The notes: a model not told the origin generated them from the sequence alone. Shown: positions 42,201-58,450, numbered from the stretch's first letter. The stretch: DNA of 64,000 bases from Eledone cirrhosa (GCA_964016885.1 OZ024753.1:17050001-17114000), one strand, 5' to 3'. A program made the numbers and translations.

Positions 42201-42662
42201 AATATTAAGATAGTAGAAAGACCTGGTACCTCCGTAAAAACACTTATTAGCAAGACATACCCGTTCCAAAGACCCTCATGTATAGATAAGAAATGTATAA
42301 CCTGTAAAATAAGCCCCCATATTAACTGTAAAACTAGAAATGTAGTATATAGCATAAGATGTACTGAGGGACAATGTAGAAACAAAAATATAGTGTACAT
42401 AGGTGAGACAGCTCGTAGTATAGGGGAACGAATAAATGAACACTGGCGAGACCTCCAAGATAGTAAAGAATCATCTGTGCTCTACCAACATGCTAAGATA
42501 GAACACAGGGGTAAATTAGAGAGCATAGAAATAAAAATAGAATCCACACACAAGAAAGACGCAATGTTTAGGCAAATTACAGAGGCAGTAAGCATAAAAG
42601 AATTAAAACCAAAATTAAATAGAAAATATGAGTGGAACAGCAACATCACAACTTACAATTAA
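39277..42662 (+). CDS. PLE reverse transcriptase plus GIY-YIG endonuclease; open frame, first element-derived ATG at 39399 (1087 aa)
   Basis: Same motifs plus N-terminal VLRLPPKFA...EIEK...KLRW; the ORF-track start at 38988 is antisense read-through of the left arm. Confidence 0.92.
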
Positions 42663-42959
42663 GGACAAAATGAAAACACACACACACATAGAACAAACAT
42701 CTTAAAATTGAAAACACACACAAAATGAAAACACACACAAGACAAAATGAAAACACACACACACATAGAACAAACAACCAACCAACAATAAATAAATAAA
42801 TAAACAAACAAATATAAATAGAAAAATAGAAAAATGAACACAAACACACACAGACACCCGGATGTGGCGCATGCGCAAACTGAGCACGCAACCCACACAC
42901 AAACAAAATGGCGTAGGATAGAAGAAAGGAAAGGCACAGAAACGAAGAAAGAAATCCCC

Positions 42960-43004
42960 AGTCACTGAAGAGGTCACAGAGTGTGTGACGAAAGAACTAT
43001 GACT
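42960..43004 (+). ncRNA. Hammerhead ribozyme in right pLTR
   Basis: AGTCA-CTGAAGA-G-GTCACA-gagtg-TGTGAC-GAAAGAACTA-TGACT; CUA site, predicted cut after 42999. Confidence 0.85.
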
Positions 43005-43215
43005 ATATATATATAAACAACTATCTGGTTGTGGAACCAACCAACCAACCAGAAATTTATAAATTTGTAAATTTATAAATATATATTAAATTAAATTGAA
43101 GTGAAAGCAACTGGTGCGTGTGTTTCTTATTGGCAACATGACCCTCCCAAAGTATAACAATATCGGTTTCAACACACGATTTCAGATAAAGAATCTTGCT
43201 AAACAAATTCAGAAA

Positions 43216-47202
<3,987 letters not shown>

Positions 47203-47321
47203 TCTTCCTAACTATTTATCTTTCTTTCTCTATACACACACACACACGTATGTATATAATAATCACAACTGTTTTAAGCTTAATAACTTTTCTATTAAGG
47301 ATTTATATATATATATTACCT

Positions 47322-47372
<51 letters not shown>

Positions 47373-48161
47373 CTCCCTCCCTCTCTACTGTTCGCCCTCT
47401 CTCACCCTTTCTACCCCCTTTTCATGAATCTACTTTCTCTCCATTTTCATGAATCCCTCTTAATAACATTGATACATCTTTACTTCCGTCTCTCCATAAC
47501 ACCCCTTGGTTTTTCCTACCCCCATCTCTCCCTTTAACCCTAATCCTTTCTTCTCATTTTCTCAGATATTTATTCTCTTTTCCCTCTCCTCTTGGCCCTT
47601 AAATTTAATTTTTCGATTGTCGTTTCGTTTCGTGAATCTCCCCTAATCTCTCCGAAAAAAGGACAATAAATGTTTACCCTTGTTACACGTTTGAAAAACT
47701 AAGCAATTGTAAACTGCAAGCCCTCCCACTTTTTGCTCTACCTCCTATTAACACTTAATACTAAACCCCACTCCATCTACCCTCAACCACCACCACTTAA
47801 AATTCCGTGCACTGATATGCTTGAAAACAACAAAACAACAACAACAAAAAACAAAACACAAACAAACCAGTGTCCAAAAGCTGATTATAGCTTCTCTCTC
47901 ACACATTGGTGAGATACCAAGCAATCTTTCTGCAGGCACGCTTCTCTACTCGCTGCTAACTACCAGCCGCCATTAGTGCTGCTTGTCTTTCAGTATCTTT
48001 GCTGTAATCTGCCGGAAAAATGGACCAACATTTTTTCACACAAACACATATACACGTACGCATGCGCACACATATACACACACACGCACACATATATATA
48101 CACACACACACACACACACATACTCATACGTACGCACATACATACATACATACATACATAC

Positions 48162-48754
48162 ATGGTGGCTGCCAACTCGTTTTCGAGTACGGCCACTACT
48201 TTATATCCATGTAGGAGAACCCCTACCGATGCGCTGAACAAGTGTGACTTTTTATTCCAGCCAGCGACTTGAAAACTCTGGTACAAACACTACACTTGTG
48301 ACAATTATTGACACATAGTGCTGGGCCCATGGTACCATGTGACGACAGTGCAGAGAGATCTCCAGATATAAAGAAATGCCTGTGCTGTGAAGCTTTTATA
48401 GTGAGCAAAGGCACTGCACAAAGCCAGTCCCACTCTCTTAACCAAGATGATATTTACCAAAAAGAAGAACAAGTCAACATCATTGGATACCATCAGAGTT
48501 GCAGGTGTTATATCAGAGTTTTCCTTCTCATAGAATTCTGCCTTGACAAAGGCTAAGGGGTCATCTCTCCCGGTGATTTTGGATTGCCATTGACGCTTAA
48601 GAGCTCCTTTGCCCTTTGACAGGTTTTGTTTTTAGTCCTGCAGGATGTCCAAAGTCACCCTCCTCACCAAGAAACGTTGGTGGGGTTGCCAGTTTAGTCG
48701 CCAACGACCCGACCATGAGACAGGTTGTACTGGGATACATGTTACCAGTAGCAC
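48162..48754 (-). mobile_element. ~600-bp non-autonomous retroposon ending in (ATGT)n
   Basis: Homologous to 49185-49779 and 58130-58450; sits in (CATA)n. Confidence 0.65.
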
Positions 48755-48819
48755 ATACATACATACATACATGTTACCAGTAGCACATACATACATACAT
48801 ACATACACACATACATACA

Positions 48820-48945
48820 ATACAAAACTTGAGAAGCTAGGCTTCACAGGAACAGAAGGAACACAACTAGTTAGGAAATTACAAGTACAATCCATTAATG
48901 GAACAATAAAAATATGTAAAACATTCCAAACATTTTGCGTCTAAT
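48820..48945 (+). mobile_element. 3' end fragment of an R4/Dong-like LINE
   Basis: LEKLGF..LVRKLQVQSINGTIKICKTF, homologous to 58660-58780 minus. Confidence 0.5.
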
Positions 48946-49184
48946 AACTGCATATACACATGTACAGATACAAAGCATATACACATGCTCACATACAACT
49001 CAAAGCATCCACATCCGCACATACAATAACATCCATATCTACACATGCATGCATACATACATATCTACCTAGTTGATGTTGTGTAAATTCCAATGAGAGA
49101 GTCTTGTGTCTAATGTTAGAAACCTACTCTTTCTCCAGTGGTAAAACTTTGTGAAATTATAAAACCAGAACATACATACATACA

Positions 49185-49779
49185 TGATGGCTGCCCCCTC
49201 GTTATCGAGTATAGCCATTGCATGATATACCATTATTAATGATTATTAATTAATGCTATCGTGCAGTGCCTGTGCGTGAAGCTATTTTTTAAAGTGAGGA
49301 AAGACTGTGCACTGAGCCAATCCCACTCTCTGAGAGACAGTAGCTATAATCCGAAAAGAAGAAAAGCTCAACATCATCGGTAACTACTGAGCCGCAGGTT
49401 TTATGTCGGAGTCATCCCAGTTTCCTAAGGTGCCTTCTCCTAGAAGAATGCCCTGACAAAGGCTATGGGTCCTTCACTCCCAGTGGTTTAACAGCGCGAT
49501 CGGGTATCCAGCCGACTATTTCTATGTCCCCGCGCATATACATACACATACACCCATGCATACACCTCCACACATACATATGCATAGACATATTTACACA
49601 TTTTTGGATGGCCGTTGACCCTTATGAGTTCTTCCGCCCTTTGTCAGGTTTTGTTTTTTGTCCTGCAGGGTGTCCAAAATCACCTTCCTCACCAAGTAAA
49701 CTTGGTGGGGTTGCCGGTTTAGTCGCCGACGACCCGACCATGCGATAGGTTGTACTGGGTTGCATGTTACCAGTAGCAC
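49185..49779 (-). mobile_element. Non-autonomous retroposon, same family as 48162
   Basis: Shared 5' gtgctactggtaacatg... and 3' ggcagccatcatgtatgt. Confidence 0.7.
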
Positions 49780-50029
49780 TCAAGAGCAACTTGACACAAA
49801 CATAAATACATACATACATACACACATACATACATACACACATACATGTGTTTTTGTAAATTTTTGAAAATGTAAGAATCCTAAACGGAGAAAATAACAG
49901 TATCGGAGGTCGATCGCTTTAAATAATAGTTTAGAAAATCGGGTAAAAGACGCCTAAAGATGAAAACTAAAGACCAGGAGCGGCTGTTGGGCTGCTGATC
50001 ACTTGTTTCCTACATTTTCAAACACATAT

Positions 50030-50425
50030 ATAAAAGATACGATCGCGAATACGAGCGGCCGAAATGGGATTCCTACGGAGGGTCTTTGGGGTAACATTAC
50101 TCGATAGAGTGCATAGCTCAGAGATCAGAGTGTATCTCCAGGTAGAGCCACTACTTCTCAGAATTGTGACATCACAGCTCCGATACTACGGACATGTGGT
50201 TAAAATGTCTCATGAAAGAATCACTGAACAGATTTTACAGGTAAAACCAACCGGCACGAGTCCCAGGGAAGATCCCGAGTAAGATGGTTGCATAACAGCC
50301 ATGAGCTTGGCTGGTCTCGCTTGAAGATCCAGCTGGATAAATTGGAGACGGTTACCTCTGACAGCTCCACCAGAAGGAATGTTTGAGGACTTTGCCCCAA
50401 TGACCATCTCAGGAAGAAGAAGAAG
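50030..50425 (+). mobile_element. RTE-clade LINE 3' fragment
   Basis: IRAAEMGFLRRVFGVTLLDRV..QLRYYGHV..RPRGRP-like region; (GAA)n tail. Confidence 0.75.
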
Positions 50426-51965
50426 ATATTAGATAAATGATGCTGGCGTAGCTGAGTGGTTTAAAATTTCGTTTGCAGTCATGAAATCTCAAGTTGAAGC
50501 CCAACTGAACAACATGTTGGGCAACGTAAGATCAACCAAAGTTCAACCAAAAATCAACCATAGATCAACCAAAGATCAACCAAAGATCAACCAAAGATCA
50601 ACTAAAGATCAACTAAAGATCAACCAAAGATCAACCAAAGATCAACCAAAGACCAACCAAAGACCAACCAAAGACCAACCAAAGACCAACCAAAGACCAA
50701 CCAAAGACCAACCAAAGACCAACCAAAGACCAACCAAAGACCAACCAAAGGCCAACCAAAGGCCAACCAAAGGCCAACCAAAGGCCAACCAAAGGCCAAC
50801 CAAAGGCCAACCAAAGGCCGACCAAAGACCGACCAAAGACCGACCAAAGATCGACCAAAGATCGACCAAAGATCGACCAAAGATCGACCAAAGATCGACC
50901 AAAGACCAACCAAATATCGACCAAAGACCGACCAAAGACCGACCAAAGACCAACCAAATATCGACCAAAGACCAACCAAATATCGACCAAAGACCAACCA
51001 AAGACCAACCAAAGATCGACCAAAGATCGACCAAAGATCGACCAAGGATCGACCAAGGATCGACCAAGGATCGACCAAGGATCGATCAAGGATCGACCAA
51101 GGATCGATCAAGGATCGACCAAAGCAGACACTCTAGGTTAAATTGCTGTAAGGCAACAGAGCCCAAGTAGAAACCTTTGCGGAAAAGCAAAGTAACTTAA
51201 ATAATTCAACAGCAGAACAATGTTAAAGTACCCACTAACTGCTACAAAACCCACGAAACAATATTCCATGTACATAAAAAGTTTTTGAGCTTGGCTGGTC
51301 TCGCTTGGAGATCCAGTTGGATCAATTGGAAACAGTTACCTCTGACAGATCCACTAGAAGGAATGTTTGAGGACTTTGCCCCAATGACCCACCCAGGAAG
51401 AAGAAGAAGAAGATATGAGATATAATGATGCCGGCAAGGCTGAGTGGTTTAAAATTTCGTTTTGCAGACATGAAATCTCAAGTTGAAGCCCAACTGAACA
51501 ACATGTTGGGTAATGAAAGATCAACCAAAGATCAACCAAAGATCAACCAAAAATCAACCATAGATCAATCAAAGATCAACCAAAGATCAACCAAAGATCA
51601 ACTAAAGATCGACCAAAGATCGACCAAAGATCGACCAAAGATCGACCAAAGATCGACCAAAGATCGACCAAAGATCGACCAAAGATCGACCAAAGATCGA
51701 CCAAAGACCGACCAAAGACCGACCAAAGACCGACCAAAGACCGACCAAAGACCGACCAAAGACCGACCAAAGACCGACCAAAGACCGACCAAAGATCAAC
51801 CTAAGCAGACACTCTAGGTTAAATTGCTGTAAGGCAACAGAGCCCAAGTAGAAACCTTTGCGGAAAAGCAAAGTAACTTCAATAATTAAACAGCAGAATA
51901 ATGTTAAAGTACCCCCTAACCGCTACAATACCCACGAAACAATATTCCATGTATATAAAAAGTTT
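50302..51965. repeat. Tandem duplication (50302-51285/51286-51965), each unit with an 11-bp minisatellite (50530-51123; 51518-51802)
   Basis: Unit GAYCRACCAAA; unique flanks repeated in both units. Confidence 0.92.
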
Positions 51966-52425
51966 TAAAAATAACAACTGTATTCTAAAGCTCCACATTT
52001 CACTGGAAGGTTATTTAAGAACCTCCCCTCAAACATAAGCTGGAACCATTTCAACTGAAATACACGAATACCAAGGTCAAATATAACGTTTGTACGTAAC
52101 AACCTGATCCTTAATTAAAGCAGCTTAGCCTAAATTCATTGCATATTCCCTACGGTTAAGGACTCCTCCCCCATTCAGCCCAAAGTTATGAGTATATATA
52201 TATATATGTATATATATATATAATATATATATATATATCAAGCGTGATCCTAATACCAACACTGTTTGTACTGCACTCTTCGTTATTGTTTTTGTTTTTT
52301 GTTGTTTACTTCTATATATATGTATATGGAACTAGGTTTAGAAACGGCAACAGCTCAACCGTCGGGTCCCTACTATTTATAATAGCCTCAGTGCCTCGGC
52401 TGGAGCACACATAAATAGATAAATA

Positions 52426-52458
<33 letters not shown>

Positions 52459-52461
52459 TAT

Positions 52462-52672
52462 ATAGGAAAATGTTCAAGACCCCGACGGCAGAGCTCGGGC
52501 CGTTTCGATGACTATTTCTGGACAGAATTTCCGTCCAGAAATAGCCGTCGAAACGGCTCGAGCTCTGCCGTCGGGGTCTTGAACATTTTCCTATTACCCA
52601 CTCTACTACCCTAAGTATTGAGTACTGTGATGCGTTTTGGTCCACCTGGTTCCTTACCACACTTCCTTCGTT
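52462..52672 (+). mobile_element. Hairpin mini-element with hammerhead 3' half
   Basis: GAA-ACGGC-tcgagctct-GCCGT-C-ggggtc (5-bp stem III, GUC); same family as 12667. Confidence 0.75.
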
Positions 52673-52680
52673 ATATATAT

Positions 52681-53003
52681 ATGAGAGGCGGCTGAAACGT
52701 TGATAGGCTGAACAAGATACTCTCATGGAATGACCAAATGAGGTTTGTTTTTCAACATAGTTCCTGGAAAGAAACAATGTAGTTATTAATGCATGCAAGA
52801 TTTCACAGCTCTAGCATCGCTCCTTCATAGGCTGACCAAGATACTCTCATGGAATGACCAAATGAGGTTTATTTTTCAACATAGTCCCTCGAAAGAAACA
52901 ATGCAGTTAATAATAATAAGATTTTAAATTGATACATGCAAGATTTCGTAGCACTAGCATCACTCCTTCATAATCAGCCTATGAACCTTTAACCCGACTC
53001 TCA
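52681..53003. mobile_element. Mariner-type MITE with internal duplication; partial copy at 55925-56062
   Basis: TIRs atgagaggcggctgaaacgttgataggctga and tcagcctatgaacctttaacccgactctcat. Confidence 0.7.
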
Positions 53004-53029
53004 TGTATCCAGTGGTGAACCAACAAACC

Positions 53030-53076
<47 letters not shown>

Positions 53077-53081
53077 ATAAT

Positions 53082-53260
53082 TGTTTCTACTTTAGGCACA
53101 TGGCCATCAATTACCAGTGCATTACTGGTACTTTATTTTATCGACCCCGTAAGGATGAAAGGTAAAGTCAACCTCGGCGAGATTTGAACTCAGATCGTAA
53201 AGGGACGTAACTATGCTGGAAAGCATGGCGTCCGACCCTCTACCGATACTGCCAATCCAC
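53082..53260 (-). mobile_element. tRNA-derived SINE
   Basis: Same family; TSD aataataat. Confidence 0.9.
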
Positions 53261-53398
53261 AATAATAATGTTTTCTTTATTGGCCACAAGGGCTCACGTG
53301 AAGAAAAACATAGACGGCACAGAACGGTACGGGACGATACAAAGTGGGTTTTGGCCGTGTAAAAAGGTTATAAAAATATATATATATATATATATATA

Positions 53399-53870
53399 CG
53401 ATATTAAATAAATGGAAACTATATTTATAAAACCATATTTATTTCATTATATATATTTCAGGGATATCATATTAAAAATATGGTATGCCTTCTTCAGACA
53501 AAATACAATATAAACAGTCTTATAAATAGATAGATTTGACATACCTTACAACTTCAACTTCCATTTAAAAATCAACTTTTTAAATGGAAAATCAACTTTT
53601 TAAATGGAAGTTGAAGTTGTAAGGTATGTCAAATCTATCTATTTATAAGACTGTTTATATTGTATTTTGTCTGAAGAAGGCATACCATATTTTTAATATG
53701 ATATCCCTGAAATATATATAATGAAATAAATATGGTTTTATAAATATAGTTTCCATTTATTTAATATCGTAAATATACTCCAAATACTTGTTGAGTGCTT
53801 TTATATCAGTTATAAATATTTACTCGTTGTAACCCAACAATTTAAATAAAACTTAAATAAAACTTTGCAT
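53399..53870 (+). mobile_element. Fold-back mini-element with hammerheads at 53442-53503(-) and 53665-53726(+)
   Basis: ~170-bp near-perfect arms; ttttgt-CTGAAGA-aggcatacca...tgatatccct-GAAATATATATA-atgaaa; tail atactc...ttgagtgc. Confidence 0.85.
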
Positions 53871-53889
53871 ATATATATATATATATATA

Positions 53890-54237
53890 CGATATTAATA
53901 AATGGAAACTATATTTATAAAACCATATTTATTTCATTATACATATTTCAGGGATACCAAATTAAATTATGGTATGCCTTCATCAGACAAAATACAATAT
54001 ATAACAGTTTTACAAATAAGCGTTGACGTACCCTATTAAAATGCAACCATTGTTTTTGGAAGTCATCCGGATAGTAATTTGGTATCCCTGAAATATGTAT
54101 AATGAAATAAATATGGTTTTATAAATATAGTTTCCATTTATTAATATCGTATATCTACTCCAAATACTTGTCGAGTGCTTTATATCAGTTATAAAAATAT
54201 TTACTTGTTGTATCCCAACAATTTTAAATAGAACTTT

Positions 54238-54241
<4 letters not shown>
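53890..54241 (+). mobile_element. Adjacent fold-back mini-element, hammerhead 53932-53992(-)
   Basis: Same family with a different truncation point; tail ctactc...tcgagtgc. Confidence 0.85.
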
Positions 54242-54273
<32 letters not shown>

Positions 54274-54382
54274 TATATATATATACATGTATTTGTGAGT
54301 CTCCGGGTGAATCAGGGGTTAGTATTGTCTACATTCTATTAATGTATTGAGTACATCACTAATATGGTTAATATAGAAATAG

Positions 54383-54429
54383 CCTTTACAGGACTAGAAC
54401 TGTTTCATTCAGAAGAAATCATCAGGAAA
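54383..54429 (-). ncRNA. Hammerhead-like motif in fold-back remnant (family also at 28100-28240 and 60239-60491)
   Basis: tttc-CTGATGA-tttc-ttct-gaat-GAA-ACAG-ttctagtc-CTGT-A; sister copies continue GAAG. Confidence 0.55.
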
Positions 54430-54493
54430 TCATTTGTTTTGAATGAAATAGCTTTACTACTGTAGAAGCCTTTTCTATAATAAACATGACACA

Positions 54494-54556
<63 letters not shown>

Positions 54557-54557
<1 letters not shown>

Positions 54558-54894
54558 GATTTCTTATCTGAAAACGTGTGTTGAAACAAATATTGTTATA
54601 CTGGGAGGGTCATGTGGCAATAAAAACACACGCACCTGCTGATTGGTTGGTCTGATAACCGGATGGTTGTTTATATATTGTCAAAGCTCTTTCGTCACAC
54701 ATTCTGTGATCTCCTCAGTGACTAGGGTTTTATGTTGTGTCACTGAGGAGATCACAGAATGTGTAACGAAAGCGATTTGACTATGTAAACAACCTTCCGG
54801 TTATCGAACCAACCAACCGGAAGTTTATAATAAATTGAAGTGAAAACCAACAGGTGCGTGTGATTTTATTGGCAGCATGACCCTCCCAACTCAT

Positions 54895-54902
<8 letters not shown>
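54557..54902. mobile_element. Miniature inverted pair of pLTRs related to the large PLE; hammerheads 54680-54722(-) and 54739-54781(+)
   Basis: gtca-CTGAGGA-gatcaca-gaatg-tgtgac-GAAAGAGCTT-tgac and mirror copy; ccctccc..ataacaat ends. Confidence 0.85.
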
Positions 54903-54949
<47 letters not shown>

Positions 54950-54967
54950 AGATTCTTAAGGTTTAAT

Positions 54968-55082
54968 AATTGTTTCTACTTTTGGCACAAGGCCAGCAAT
55001 TGCACAGTGTATTACTGGTACTTTATTTTATCGACCCCGTAAGGATGAAAGGCAAAGTTAACCTCGACGGGATTTGAACACA
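54968..55082 (-). mobile_element. 5'-truncated SINE
   Basis: Matches SINE 3' half. Confidence 0.8.
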
Positions 55083-55341
55083 GACTTATATTTAGTAAAT
55101 CAAAGCTTAGTAAGCAAAAATCCATTTAGAAGTAAATGTAATTTGAATTATATTATAATTAGTAAACCTAATTACATGCTTAGTAAACCTAATTATATGC
55201 TTATTGTTACTAATTATAAAGTAATGCTATATTGGCTTTTAAGTGTATATTTGCTTACTAGATTATACCTTAATAAAGCTCTGAATATTGGGTTTGTAGC
55301 CCTTCATCTTGATTGAGCTTCTCATTGTATAAGGAGATCAG

Positions 55342-55408
<67 letters not shown>

Positions 55409-55437
55409 CTCTCTCTATCTATCTATCTATCTATCTA

Positions 55438-55473
<36 letters not shown>

Positions 55474-55830
55474 TCGTGGTACGAAATCAAGCACTCAGTG
55501 CGATGGCAGAATGTATATAATAAAAAAATACTTATTATGTATCGACCTGTTACGTGTGTTTCGCAGAGGATTGGCTCAAGGTGAACCATAGGAGTTATGG
55601 ACCCGACTCCAGTATCGATCTGCTCCTCAGACTGGTGTGACAAAAAAAATATTTTTGTTGTGGGCTGAGAAGGTGGTATTGTCCCTATTTTTTGTGTGTG
55701 TGGGGGCGTCAGTGTGCATTGTGGGGCAATACACAGATTGAGCGTGACACATTGTTACCCTGATTCTTCATTTACCTGAATATTTACCTTGATATATAAC
55801 AACGCTTCTCTCACTGTCTCTCTCTCTCTT

Positions 55831-55888
<58 letters not shown>

Positions 55889-56780
55889 ACGCACACCTAT
55901 ACATACGCCCCCCCCCCCCACATGTTTATTTTTCAACATAGTCTCCAGAAAGAAACAATGCAGTTATTAATAAGAAGAGTTGAAATTAATGTATGCAAGC
56001 TTTCACAGCTCTATCATCACTACTTCATAGTCAGCCTACGAACTTTTCAGCTGATCCTTGTAGCGTAGAATTACATGATTTGGAAATGTTCTTCGGAAAG
56101 GCATGTGAGCCACGACATCCATTTCCCTAAAGGGAACATGGGATGATTTCTGTTACTGAACATTTCTTAACATGAAAGCAATTGACTCCGCTCTACTAGT
56201 GCGTGGGATAAATTAATATTCATATTATATACATATATACAGTGTCTGTGCCAGTGTGTTTGTTGTGTGTGTATTAGTGAGTGTGTATGTCATTCTTTAT
56301 GTGTGTGAATGCGTGTCGGTGTATACAAATTTGTGGTTGTATATATTTGTATGTGCATAAGTGTGTATGCGGGTTCTTCTCTATTTGTCTGTATGTGAGT
56401 GAAGATATGTGTGCGTATAGGAGCGAAGGTTAGTGTGCTTGCGGGTACCTGCGTGTGTGTGTGTCTATATGTGGAATGTTTATATGTATGTGTGCGAGTG
56501 TTTGTGTATGTATGTTTGTGTCTATATATGTATATGCGGCTGTGTTTGTATGAAATTACGTGAGTATTTGATTTTGTGCAGGTACCTGTCTACGTGTCTA
56601 TACGCGTGTGAAAATGTTTGTTTGTGTATGTAATGCGTGTATGTGTGTAATGACTTCCTGTATGTGTGTGTGTGAGTGTGTGGTTTTGTATATAAGTGTG
56701 TGTGAATCTAGGACACGATTTTAGTTTCCGGTTAAAGTGATTTTTACTTTACTCACTTCAGACATCGAACTTGTATGAAC

Positions 56781-57100
56781 CTTCATACACTAACTAAATA
56801 TCTGGCTTCCATACACTAACTAAATATTGAGCTTCCATACACTAACTAAATATCGGGCTTCCATACACTAACTAAATATTGGGCTCCCATATACTAGCTA
56901 AATATCGTGCGTCCATACAGTAACTAAATATCGTGCTTCCATACAGTAACTAAATATCGTGCTTCCATACAGTAACTAAATATCGGGCTTCCATACACTA
57001 ACTAAATATCGTGCTTCCATACAGTAACTAAATATCGGGCTTCCATACACTAACTAAATATCGGGCTTCCATACAGTAACTAAATATCGGGCTTCCATAT
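56781..57100. repeat. 26-bp minisatellite, about 12 copies
   Basis: Unit ttccatacastaactaaatatcgkgc. Confidence 0.95.
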
Positions 57101-57146
57101 GCAGCCAAGAAAATAATTAGCCCCAGCAATCTGTCTTTACTTACAT

Positions 57147-57345
57147 ACACAAACATTAGATATATAATTGTTTCTACTTTTGGCACAAGGCCAGCAATTA
57201 CCCCAGAGTATTACTGGTACTTTATTTTAGGTTAACTTTGCCTTTTATCCTTACGAGGTCGATAAAATAAAGTACCAGTAATACACTGGGATAATTGCTG
57301 GCCTTGTGCCAAAAGAAGAAACAATTATATATCTAATGTTTGTGT
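57147..57345. mobile_element. Fold-back made of SINE 3' half plus ~20 bp non-SINE flank
   Basis: Arms ~57147-57229/57263-57345; spacer is further SINE sequence. Confidence 0.85.
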
Positions 57346-57355
57346 TCTACTATTG

Positions 57356-57387
<32 letters not shown>

Positions 57388-57389
57388 CA

Positions 57390-57637
57390 ATAGTAGAACA
57401 CTGGAGGGTTATATCCGTAGTAGTGAAGCACTCAGTCCATGGGACGTGTTTGGTAGAAGTAGTTCCACAACAGTTAGTTCACCATACCGAAAACAAATGT
57501 TTCCTTATTCGGATCATCAGCTCGGTCTGAATGAAGTTGTGCCGAAAAGGAACAACTTCATTCAGCCTGAGCTGAAGATCCGCATAAGGTGAAACATATT
57601 TGTTTACGGTATGGTGAACTAATTGTTGTAGAACTAT
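57390..57637 (-). mobile_element. Fold-back mini-element with degenerate hammerhead-like cores
   Basis: Arms ~57455-57540/57552-57637; CTGAAGA-tcc-gcataa-ggt-GAAAC; tail tacttc...tgagtgc on minus strand. Confidence 0.6.
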
Positions 57638-57700
57638 TATATATATATATAGTAGTAGTAGTAATAAAGGAAAAGTATATACTTTATATCATCTCTATTT

Positions 57701-57776
57701 ATTTCATTATATATATTTCGAAGATGTAAAGTTTTATGTATAACATAAAGCAAAACATGTCCTCCTCAGATGAAAT
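57701..57776 (-). ncRNA. Type-I hammerhead ribozyme
   Basis: ATTTCAT-CTGAGGA-ggacatg...catcttc-GAAATATATATA-ATGAAAT; 7-bp stem I. Confidence 0.8.
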
Positions 57777-57879
57777 ACATAGAAAATGTATAATTTTTTA
57801 CATGATATGCTGGTAGACAAACGAGCTGCACATATCGGTGACCACCAACCATATCATATATATATTCTTCAGAAATATA

Positions 57880-58045
57880 TATATTGTTTAGGAAACGTAA
57901 GAGAAACACAAACATAAGGACAAATCTTCAGCTGTCTGCTGTCGGTCACTGATGCTTTAATGCATTAAAACATCGGTGACCGACAGCAGGCAGCTGGGCA
58001 GTTGTCCTTATATTTGTGTTTCTCTTACCTTTTCTAAACAATATT
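57880..58045. repeat. Spacer-less imperfect palindrome centred on ttaatgcattaa
   Basis: ~80-bp arms. Confidence 0.85.
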
Positions 58046-58129
58046 TATTAGTAACTACACAACGCGTTTGTATGTATATATGTATGTATCCAAAAGTGTG
58101 TAAATATGCATATACACATGTACCGCGCG

Positions 58130-58450
58130 GTTAAATCACTGGGAGTGAAAGACCCCTAGCCTTTGTCAGGGCATTCTTCTAGGAGAAGGCATCTCAGGAA
58201 ACTGGGTTAACTCCGATATAAAACCTGCGGCTCAGTAGTTACCGATGATGTTGATCTTTTCTTCTTTTCGGGTTATAGCTACTGTCGCTTAGAGAGTGGG
58301 ATTGGCTCAGTGCACAGTCTTTCCTCACTTTAAAAAATATCTTCACGCAGAGGCATTGCACGATAGAATTAATTAATAATTATTAATAATGGTATATCAT
58401 GCAATGGCCATACTCGATAAGGAGGGGGCAGCCATCATGTATGTATGTAT
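58130..58450 (+). mobile_element. 5'-truncated copy of the (ATGT)n-tailed retroposon
   Basis: Reverse complement of 49180-49495. Confidence 0.75.

Larger units (their letters stand above)
35713..43217. mobile_element. Penelope-like element as a ~7.5-kb inverted duplication (arms 35713-39275 minus, 39648-43217 plus; spacer 39276-39647)
   Basis: Two nearly identical mirrored ORFs and 3' regions; both ends abut (TA)n/CG arrays. Confidence 0.97.

Noticed and set aside
50481-51170. 229-aa repeat protein (DQPKTNQRPTK)
   Set aside because: The 11-bp minisatellite is open in several frames on both strands; no splice or homology evidence.
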